From Perkinsela sp. CCAP 1560/9 (lineage: Eukaryota; Protista; Euglenozoa: Kinetoplastea), in the NCBI GenBank assembly GCA_965644495.1, contig CBFFSA010000067.1, positions 1-34,941 on the forward strand: a stretch of 34,941 nt of DNA, in the 5' to 3' direction. Below, piece after piece: positions 24,723 through 33,575 of this stretch. Both the position numbers and the translations under genes were made by a program. The first letter of the stretch is position 1, and every line of letters begins with the position of its first letter. The notes beneath the pieces were generated by a model. That model was given only the letters and a program-made list of their open reading frames with translations. It was not told the DNA's origin and ran no database searches.

Positions 24723-25619
24723 ATGGAAGCAACAGACAAGCATTTACCAAAAGCTGAAGGGCTCCCTCTGGAAATCTCAGAAGTCGAGCGGAAGAGGCGG
24801 TTGGCCACTTACATTCCTCAAAAAGGTGAACATGAGGCAAAGTTTATCTTTGGGGAAGTGGGACAGAAGATTCACCTCGAGTCCGAGTCGTTAGACAAGA
24901 AGACAACAATCTTCATCTCGAACTGTCGCGACTGTGAGATTATCGTCGATACGATCTGTACAAAAATCATGGTCCAAGGCTGCTCAAATACCAAACTAAT
25001 TTGTAATGGTGTTGTTTTAACGAACTCTGTCGAAATTTGGGACTGCGTCGATGGACAGTTGGAAGTAAACGAAATCTTGGTGGCCACTCTTCAGATCGAT
25101 CTCTGTTCCAATTTCTCTGTGATTTATTCAAGGAAGAAACTTTTTCACAAAATGATTTGGGCTGCTGTGGACAATTATCGAATTTCTTTCCGAGATTGCG
25201 AGACAATTTTCGAAAATGGATATCAAAAAATGATTGCAAACTACCCAGGAGAGAAATTCCAAGAAAATATTGCACAGTTTATCGATTCTGTGGGTGAAAC
25301 TGGCGTCATCTCCGAGAAGCTCTTGCGTCTCCAAAATGGTTTCCCTACAACAGAAAGAGAACAAGAGGAGTTTGATTTGAAAAGCGAAAAGAACAAACAA
25401 TTGGCGGAGGAGCATTTCCGTGGGTTGATCAAGAAAGTGGATGGAGATGAGGATTTGAAGAAACTTGGGATCAAGACAATCAAGAGGGATGAAATCAAGA
25501 AAAAGGTTGCCAAACCAAATGATCCTTGCCCTTGTGCGAGTTCCCTCAAGTACAAAAAATGTTGTGGAAAAAAATTACCGAACTCTTCTTCTTTACAAGA
25601 GGATTTGAAAGCTGCTTAA
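24723..25619 (+). CDS. C-CAP/cofactor-C-like beta-helix protein with a C-terminal SEC-C metal-binding motif, intronless
   Basis: Beta-helix periodicity TIFISNCRDCEIIVDTICTKIMVQGCSNTKL...SVEIWDCVDGQLEV...TLQIDLCSNFSVIY, as in CAP C-terminal domains. Ends KVAKPNDPCPCASSLKYKKCCG, a SEC-C motif. Confidence 0.8.
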   Translation: MEATDKHLPKAEGLPLEISEVERKRRLATYIPQKGEHEAKFIFGEVGQKIHLESESLDKKTTIFISNCRDCEIIVDTICTKIMVQGCSNTKLICNGVVLTNSVEIWDCVDGQLEVNEILVATLQIDLCSNFSVIYSRKKLFHKMIWAAVDNYRISFRDCETIFENGYQKMIANYPGEKFQENIAQFIDSVGETGVISEKLLRLQNGFPTTEREQEEFDLKSEKNKQLAEEHFRGLIKKVDGDEDLKKLGIKTIKRDEIKKKVAKPNDPCPCASSLKYKKCCGKKLPNSSSLQEDLKAA

Positions 25620-26123
25620 AAACTCTTTCTTTCTTTGATCTTTTTTTTTGATGTTTTTTCTCTCTCTCTTCTTTCTCTTTCATCATCTCTTCTTTCCTCT
25701 CGCTCTTTTTTTCTGTTTTCTCTTTTCTTTCCTTTTGAGAAAATTTTTGCTCAATAAAAACATGTTTATTTATTTGTTGTTTGGACAAATAATTCTTTCT
25801 TTTCTCCGAACACTCAGAAAACGGATGCACTCCTTTTTTTGAGAAAAATTATCGAATTTGCTCAAACTTGAAGAGAAGATTTCCCTTTTTCCTAAAGAGA
25901 ATTAATTCAAAAAGAGGGGTTCTGATTACACAGAAAGGTTGACAACCAGGCCGCTCAAACGCTCAAGGGAGAAAAAAACAGATCGTCTCAAACCAATAAT
26001 GGGGGATACTCGAGGCTCCAGCATGGAGATTGTTCACATAGATTTTTCAAAAATATGGGAAAAAAAGGAAGTTCGAAAACACAAAAAAAGGTTTTCCACA
26101 AAAATCTGCAGATAAGAAATCTT

Positions 26124-29100
26124 TTACACAGGGGCACTTGGTTCCTCGGTACTGTCACTCAAAGAAACGAGTTCAAGCGAAAAGATCGGGTCTAAATCCG
26201 CAGACGCTCTTCCCTGTGGTGTCTGAGTGTCATCCATAGATCTGGTAGTAACAACAGGTGAATTTGAAGACTGAATTGCTGAAGAATTTCTTCTGAGGGC
26301 ATTCATTTTTCGTTGCTGTGGCCGTTTAAACCCCCCAGACGATCCGACTTCTCTTGGACCAACCACGCCAGTACTGGTACTCAAGGGCAAACGAGTTTTT
26401 GGTGGCCCAGTAGCAGCGAGAGATCCATTGATAATTGTCACATTCCCCCCGCTCCCCAACGAAGGAAGTCCATACCCTCCTCCTGTTGTTGTCGAAGAGA
26501 TTCCACTACTATTCCCATGGAAGTCAAACCCAGGTGGGTTGTATTGTCCTGCAGGATCAGTATTCATGGAAATAGGGGGTAGCGGGCCACCTTCATATCC
26601 CGGAGGAGGAGGACCATGAAATGGTAACATATCAGGAAGGAAGTCACACCCGGCAGCTCCTCCTGCTCCTCCAATTTGCACCCCTTTGTTTGCAACACCT
26701 GACTCGTCCATCCGCATGGAGTTATGTAATGAGTATTGTTGCTGTCGCTGCGATTGTTGGGATTGCTGTCGGTGCTGCTGTTGTTGTTGTTGTTGAAGTG
26801 AGTGCTGTGCGTGGGTTGAAGGTGACATTTGAAGATTTGAAGGGAATGGTGGGGGAAGATGAACAAGCTGACGATTTGTCGTTTGAGAAGTAGCAAGGAA
26901 TGGTTGTTGCGAGGGAAGAGTTCCTTGAAACTGAGATTGCTGTGGAAAAGTTCTTAAATTCCCATTTTGAAACCCACTACCACCAGCAGCATTTGCAGCT
27001 TGCGGAGGGGGAACAGAACGAAGGTGCTCGTAATCCCAACAATCTCCAGCTCGATTTCGCCCATTGACCCCACTGGTCGTGTGCTTTGTATCCTTTTGGC
27101 TATAAGTTCGATTTCGACGAGACGATTTCTTTGAAGAGGGGGAAGTTTTTGCTGCCGAAAACATTGTAACGTCCATTGGGCTGAAATTTCCTGCTGATGG
27201 AGCTGGATATGCAGCATTCATTCCAGTCAACGAAGAAGTTAAGAGTGACTGAGAAGTTGATTGATAAGAAAGTGAAGGGGAAGGTGTAGTGTGGCTCGAT
27301 CGTGATAGTGGAGAACTATGTGGAGAGCGGAGAGGAGAAGAAAGTGGTCTGGTCGAAGGGGAATTTTGTGAGGGCGCTCCAAACACAGGTAAGTTTGACA
27401 AATATAAGTAAGGGGATTTTTGGGTTGCAGAAATAGCCCCAAGAGTATTGCTCTGTTCGCTCCCAGCACCACCAGCACCACCAGCACCACCAACACCACC
27501 AACACCACCAACACCACCAACACCACCAACACCACCAACACCACCAACACCACCAACACCACCAACACCACCAACACCACCAGCACCACCAGTACGAGCA
27601 CTCAGAGAACCACTTCCAAAAGGAAAAGAAGGCTCTCCACCTCTTCGTTGTCCCCCAAAATTGCGATGGGAATCAGAATCACAACCAAAACTTTGAGTTC
27701 GAGACCGGGATTGAGCGGAAGCTAACGAAGGCGCTTCCTCAATACTTCCAAAGCTTTGCTTCCGAAACTGTGGTCCTGTGGCCTTCGGAGGCGCTCCTCC
27801 AATCGAAATATCGTTCCCACCATGAAGATTCCCTACCACACCAAAAGCTCCTTCGCTATTAGAGATAACACCCCCTCCAGCACCCCGTTTTAAGAAAACA
27901 CTTGGCCCCCCTCCAGCACCCGGAGCGGCGTTCCCTCCTGTGGTTGATGTTGCTGATGACGAGACCTGAGCAGCAAAATCGATATAAGATTTTGATGGTG
28001 CTGACGCAACCAACATTTTCTTCGTATCTGCGCAAGTTCGCTCAATCAATTGAGGTTGTATGGGCATGTCAGGATCAGGAAGAGGCTCGAAAGAAGGAGA
28101 AAAGGGAGTTTGACAAATAAAAGGATGGGAAGCTGCTTGTCTTGGTGTCCATCTTTTCTTTGGGTCCATATTCAACAATCCACATACAAAATGATAAAAA
28201 GCCTTTCGATGAGCCATTTCTTTTTCAACGCTTAAACGATCGAGGTCAGCTTTCACAGGTGAATGCATAATAATTTTCTCAAGTTCATTGTACTTAAAGT
28301 ATCGCTTTGGGGGAACCATTTTGATCTGAGGGTTTTCTTTCGAGAATTGTTCGGGTGTTTTGAGTTGGAAGTAATGAGATGATTGTTTTAGAGACTGCCG
28401 GGGACGGGCAGTGCTGAAATATTTCAAGGCATTCTTCCCTCCCTGTCCAGAATAATTAAAAAAAAACAAAAAAAAAAACAAGAACTCCAATATTTTAAAT
28501 AAATAAAAAAGGAAAACAAAAACCTCAATTAAATGGTCTGGAGGAGGACCCATCATATCAATAATCCGAGTCAATTGATTATACTCAGAATTTCCAGGAA
28601 AGATAGGAAGACCCAAAAAGAGCTCAACAGCGATGCAACCCAAAGACCACATATCGATTGAAGCTGTATAAGGTTTTCCAATGATCACTTCAGGGGAACG
28701 ATAGAAACGAGACTGAATGTATGTGTAAGATGTTTGACCCTCGAAACATGCCGAACCAAAATCGATTAGCTTCACATGTGGCGTTGTCAGAGATTCGAGA
28801 AGAATGTTTTCAGGTTTGAGATCACAGTGAATGACTTTCGCTTCTCGAAGGATCATCAAACCATGAAGGATCTCTTTTGTCAAGTGGCGGACTAAGCTCA
28901 TTGATAATCCTTTGTACTGGTTTTGTTTGAGCAATTCATACAAATTGATGTTAAGGAGTTCAAAAACCATACAAAGGTGACGACGATAGATAAAGTAATC
29001 CAACAAACGAACAGAAAAGCGACTCTCAGTATCATAATGCTTATTCATATGTTCGAGGATCTGGACCTCCATCAAACCTTGGTTGAAGTATGCCGGCTTA

Positions 29101-29801
29101 TTTTTAACAACTTTTACAGCTACTTCTTCGCCTGTGTTCTGTTTTCGACACTTGACAACTTGACCGAAAGTACCTTGCCCAAGCATGTCAAGAACGAGAT
29201 AATGGCTGTCCTTTGCGGTACCATAGATCCAATCATTCACATATAAGATGTAGTCATGATCCACGTTATCAATTCCATTGTTATGAACCCCTTCAGAAGG
29301 TTTCGTTAACACTCGTTTTGGATTCGACTTGACGTTGTACTTGAATTCTTTACTGCAAGTTCGATAAGTTTGGACGAGATGAGTTGTCAGGGAGCGAACA
29401 GGACCAAGAGGCGGCATGTCTGGGAGATGCGGGATGCGCGGGGAACTTGAAGAAGAACTCTCCGACATCATTCTTTTTCGAGGTAATTCAAGGTTTGCAA
29501 GTTGGGGAGAAGTTGGTGAACAAGACCTCTTTGCTCCTGAGGTTGGAGCCTCTAAAAATTTTCGATTGCCAGAAGAAGTCAGAGAAGAAGTGGTAAGAGA
29601 AGGAGATGAATATGGAAAATTCGTGGCAGAAGAAGAGGAGGAGAAAATTGAAGGAGAAGGAAAAGAAGAGGTGGAAGAAGATGTGGAAAAGAAGTTGGAA
29701 GATGGGTTAGAGGAAGACGGGTTTTGGGCGGCGGCGGAGTGCGTTGGTAATTCAGGACTATCAATCATATTTGAAAAAAATGGAAGGCGCCAACCCGACA
29801 T
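26124..29801 (-). CDS. yakA: Yak1/YakA-like DYRK-family protein kinase, 2 exons (intron 28443-28523)
   Basis: Yak-specific N-flank NPKRVLTKPSEGVHNNGIDNVDHDYILYVND, then LGQGTFGQVVKC, VAVKVVKNKPAYFNQ, IHCDLKPENILL, LIDFGSAC and YTYIQSRFYRSPE. The C-terminus is long and low-complexity, with polyQ. Confidence 0.92.
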   Translation of the reverse strand: MSGWRLPFFSNMIDSPELPTHSAAAQNPSSSNPSSNFFSTSSSTSSFPSPSIFSSSSSATNFPYSSPSLTTSSLTSSGNRKFLEAPTSGAKRSCSPTSPQLANLELPRKRMMSESSSSSSPRIPHLPDMPPLGPVRSLTTHLVQTYRTCSKEFKYNVKSNPKRVLTKPSEGVHNNGIDNVDHDYILYVNDWIYGTAKDSHYLVLDMLGQGTFGQVVKCRKQNTGEEVAVKVVKNKPAYFNQGLMEVQILEHMNKHYDTESRFSVRLLDYFIYRRHLCMVFELLNINLYELLKQNQYKGLSMSLVRHLTKEILHGLMILREAKVIHCDLKPENILLESLTTPHVKLIDFGSACFEGQTSYTYIQSRFYRSPEVIIGKPYTASIDMWSLGCIAVELFLGLPIFPGNSEYNQLTRIIDMMGPPPDHLIEVFVFLFYLFKILEFLFFFLFFFNYSGQGGKNALKYFSTARPRQSLKQSSHYFQLKTPEQFSKENPQIKMVPPKRYFKYNELEKIIMHSPVKADLDRLSVEKEMAHRKAFYHFVCGLLNMDPKKRWTPRQAASHPFICQTPFSPSFEPLPDPDMPIQPQLIERTCADTKKMLVASAPSKSYIDFAAQVSSSATSTTGGNAAPGAGGGPSVFLKRGAGGGVISNSEGAFGVVGNLHGGNDISIGGAPPKATGPQFRKQSFGSIEEAPSLASAQSRSRTQSFGCDSDSHRNFGGQRRGGEPSFPFGSGSLSARTGGAGGVGGVGGVGGVGGVGGVGGVGGVGGVGGVGGAGGAGGAGSEQSNTLGAISATQKSPYLYLSNLPVFGAPSQNSPSTRPLSSPLRSPHSSPLSRSSHTTPSPSLSYQSTSQSLLTSSLTGMNAAYPAPSAGNFSPMDVTMFSAAKTSPSSKKSSRRNRTYSQKDTKHTTSGVNGRNRAGDCWDYEHLRSVPPPQAANAAGGSGFQNGNLRTFPQQSQFQGTLPSQQPFLATSQTTNRQLVHLPPPFPSNLQMSPSTHAQHSLQQQQQQQHRQQSQQSQRQQQYSLHNSMRMDESGVANKGVQIGGAGGAAGCDFLPDMLPFHGPPPPGYEGGPLPPISMNTDPAGQYNPPGFDFHGNSSGISSTTTGGGYGLPSLGSGGNVTIINGSLAATGPPKTRLPLSTSTGVVGPREVGSSGGFKRPQQRKMNALRRNSSAIQSSNSPVVTTRSMDDTQTPQGRASADLDPIFSLELVSLSDSTEEPSAPV
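27464..27591 (-). repeat. 9-bp coding tandem repeat encoding (GGV)n flanked by GGA units in the Yak kinase tail
   Basis: About ten near-perfect ACCACCAAC units on the + strand, flanked by ACCACCAGC units. Confidence 0.95.
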
Positions 29802-30358
29802 CCTCTCTTCTTTCTCTCTCTTCCCAATTGTTCCTTTTGTTGAATTTTCTTTGGAATTCTTTGTTCAAAAAGAGTTCGTCCTTTCTTTAAAAAGGAGATG
29901 TTTAAGGTTTCAGAAAATTGGGGAAATTGTGTCAGCCAAAACTCATGAGTCTCGCGTTGGGAGGCAAACGAAAAAGAGGAGGGGAAAAATGAGAAGAGAA
30001 TCGAGCAAAGAGAGAATACTAGGAGAAAAAAAGAAAAGAGAAAAGGAGTGTTTCAAGAGAGAAGGAGAGAGGGGGGGAGAGAAAAAAACAAAAAAAAGAG
30101 AGAAAGAGAGGAAAAAAAAGAGGGCAAAAATTTTGGGTGCGCGATTTTGTGAACCGTTCGGTGAACACGCTGCCAGATCTGGCCGTTTCAACAATTTATT
30201 GTTTCTTATTTTAGGGATCTATTTTTATTGTTCTTTTTTTAGGTTTCTTAATTTTTAGGTTTCTTTTTTCTCACGCTTTTTTTTCTTTTTTTTTTTTTTG
30301 CTTCTCTTCCTCTTCTTCCTCTTCTTCTCTTCTTTTTCTTTTGTTCGTTTTTGAGAGG

Positions 30359-33300
30359 ATGAGTTCGTCGAGTGTAGATGAGAATATTGCTCTTGTTCAG
30401 AAACATTTTGACTTGATAAATCAAGGTAATTTGTTTGAAAAAGTTTATTTTTTTGGATTTTTTCTTTTTATTCATTTCTTTTTTTTTTTCAAAAAAGGGG
30501 AGATTGATGCTGCTTTCGACTTGATGAGTGAGGATGTTCTTATTCATCTCTCAATTGGAACACTGGTCTCTTTTTAATTTCTTTATCTTTTTTCATTTAT
30601 CCCTTTTCTCTTTCTTTTTGAACAAAAAAATAATCTTGAGATGAAAACAGAATGGAACACAAATGTTCAAACAAATGACCTTGATGGGTTCAAAAACCTT
30701 TTCAGATTATAAAGGTTGATTTCTTTTCTCTAAATCATTTTCAAATCGTCATTTCTCACATCCAAAAATGTGGAATTTTCCCTTCCAATATATTTTGTGT
30801 TTGTTTCTAAAAAAAACTTCTTTTCTTTAAAAGAAAATATTTTGGATATTTTTGGTTCTGGAGATCGTGTTTGTATTCGCGGGACACGAAGGTTTGTTCA
30901 CCTCTTTAGTTTTCTTTCTCACTTTTATTTTTTTTTAAAAGTGAGACAGTGGGAAACATACCAAACCATTCGGAAATTTAAAGCCAACTGGCAAAGAAAT
31001 TACCACAAGCTGGATGGTCGTTATGCGTATTGAACAAGGCAAAATTGCTGAAGTTCTCAATCTTCTTTTTCTTTTTCTTCTTCTTCTTTTTCAAATTTCT
31101 TATCTTTTGTTGGTAGAGATGGATGAACCATGATGATTTGGGTTTTTTGCGAGAGATGGGTGTGATGGGGGGTGAGGTTTGTTTTCACACAAGAACCTTT
31201 TCTTAAAATTGATTCCCCATTTCTCTCTCTCTCTTTTTGACGTTTGAGTTTGATAGCATGGCCATTCACATGGAGGACAAGGAGGAGCACATGGAGCACA
31301 TGGAGGACAAGGGGGACATTCTCATGGAGGAGGAGCACATGGAGCTCATGGAGGTGCTCATGGAGGTGCTCATGGTCATGGTCATGGAGCTAGCTCTGGG
31401 AGTCCTTGTCCTTCTGGTGCTTCTGATGTTACTGTTGATTGGTTGAATGAGGTTTTGGGGAAGGGTGGGCATCTTAGAAGTTCAAAGGTTTTTGTTTTGT
31501 TTTGTTTTTTTGTTTTGTTTTTTTGTTGTTGGGGGGATTTGGGGATTGTTTTTTTTTGGGGGGGAAAGGGGGAGGGGGATTTTGTTTATGTTTTTTTTTT
31601 TGATAAAAAGAAAAGGTTTCGTCAGTTGATGTTACAGAGGAAAGTTCTCAAAGTGTGTCCAACACCGTTGTTCGAATCAGAACAGAATACAAAGGAGGAA
31701 ATCAAACTTGTTCAAAGAATTTGGTTGCTCGTTTTCCAACTTCGAATCAAATGGCTCGCCCAATTTTCCAACAAGCGAAGGTCTCTTTTCTTTTCAAATT
31801 GTCTATCTTGTTAAATGGATCTCATTTTATCCAAAAAAACAAAGAACAATCTTTTTGTCAAATTTCAAACTTCTCATTTTCTTTTTTGTAGACACATTCT
31901 CGAATGGTTCGCTTCCATGGACAATTGGCTGCCAGGTAACTTTTTTTTTCCTTTTCCTCTTTCCCTTTCTTTTTTTTGAGATTTGTCTCATTTTTTTTTG
32001 TTGATTTATTGTTTTTGTTGTTTCAGGTGTAAAGGGATCCATTCACCAAAAGCTTATTATGTCCGTCATGATGATGAAACTGACAATTTTGCGATCTTGA
32101 CTGATGATTTATCTCTCTCTGCGACTGGTTTTAATCTCTCTGATCCTTTTAGGTTTCTTTTTCTCTATTTCTCTTTCTCTTTTTCCTTGTTTTGTTATTA
32201 TTGTTCTCTGTGGATGTGTTTTTTATCTCTTGCAAGACAAAAACATGTTTAATTGTTCTTGTTATTTAGTGCGGAAGATGCATCAAGTGTGGTCAAAAAT
32301 TTAGCAGCTTTTCATGCACAGGTTTTTATCCTCTTTCCTTTTTATTCTCTCTTTCTTCTTTTTCTCCTTCATTGTATTCATTCACTATCTTTCTTAAAAT
32401 AGTGGTGGGGTGGAAATCAAGGACCATTAGAGTGGCTGGCAGCTCCACCAGCATCAGAATTGATCTATCTTCAAACATATAAAGTTTCTTGGCCTTTCTT
32501 GGAACAGAATTATGATGGATTGACGGAAGAGATTAAGAAAACTGGCACTCTTTTGCAAGAAAAGTTGCCTATTTTGTTTGAGTTTCACCGAACACAACAG
32601 GTAAATATTTTGTTTTGGTTTTTTTTCTCTGTTTTTTCTCTGTTTTTTCTCTGTTTTTTTCTCCGTTTTCTTCTCTTTCTTTTTTGATTGATTGTGATTC
32701 CCCAAGCCTTTGACTATTTGCCATAATGATCTGAATGCTGCGAATATCTTAAAAAGTTCTCAAAATTGGTTTGTTGAGACATGGACTGAAGGTTCTTTTT
32801 CTCTTTTTTTTTTTTCTCTTTTCTCTTTTAAATATTTAAAATACACTTTAAAAAATAGCATCTTTGGGACACGGAGTTCGTGATGTTTGCTCATTTTTGT
32901 GCTTAAGTCTTGATCCTAACACCCGAAAAGTTTTTCTCTCTTTTTTTTCTCTCTCTTTTTCTTTCTCTTTTTTTTGTTGAGAAATTCATTCATTTTCTCG
33001 TTACTCTAGGCGAAGGAGAATGAATTATTGAGAACATATCATCAAGTATTGATGGAAGCAGGTGTAACTGGTTATAAGTTTCAAAAATGTTTCTATGAAT
33101 ACAAAGTCTTGTTGCTTCTCTCTTTTGCCCAAATTGTTTGTAATGGTGCTGGTCTTTTTGTTCTGGAAAAGCAAGGTTTTTTTTTTGTTTCTTTTACACT
33201 TTTTCTTTGTCTCTTTCTTGTCTCTTTCTTTATCTCTAATTTCTTTTTTATTGTGACAGGAAAATTGGAACCACATCAAGTCCCAAAATTGAATGAGTTC

Positions 33301-33381
33301 AAGTGTTTGCTTGGTCGTTTGACTGCTGCAATCTCAGACCTCTCTTGTTTTTCTCTTCTCTGTGATTTTAAACGCGCTTAA
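30359..33381 (+). CDS. Fusion protein: SnoaL-like ester/polyketide cyclase + His/Gly-rich linker + EcKinase/APH-like phosphotransferase fold (probable pseudokinase), 16 exons
   Basis: 15 GT-AG introns splice into one ORF. N-domain: ENIALVQKHFDLINQGEIDAAFDLMSEDV...DIFGSGDRVCIRGTRSGKHTKPFGNLKPTGK...RIEQGKIAERWMNHDDLGFLREMG. C-domain: DVTVDWLNEVL...NLVARFP...SPKAYY...ILTDDLS...VVKNLAAFHAQWW...TICHNDLNAANIL...GHGVRDVCSFL...ELLRTYHQVL. Confidence 0.8.
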
Positions 33382-33575
33382 ATCCATTTTGGCGAGAAAA
33401 GAAGCTTTTACTTGATGAATCTTTCTTACTTTTTTTCGTCTCGCCCCTTCAGCAAATATTCTTTTACTTTGCAAAAGGGAGGAAGTTGTTTTCCCAATAA
33501 ATAAAAGATCACCACAGACAATACGGTGATTTGTGTGAGTTCGAAATAAAGCGTCGATCAATAGATTTTTTGAAT

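Noticed and set aside
29416-30258. 280-aa Glu/Lys-rich plus-strand ORF
   Set aside because: It is the antisense shadow of the Ser-rich Yak N-terminus and its pyrimidine-rich leader.
30359-33381. Bacterial contamination or a biosynthetic gene cluster around the SnoaL gene
   Set aside because: The gene has 15 host-style introns and is flanked by Yak kinase and RasGEF. No PKS, NRPS or tailoring genes lie in the window.
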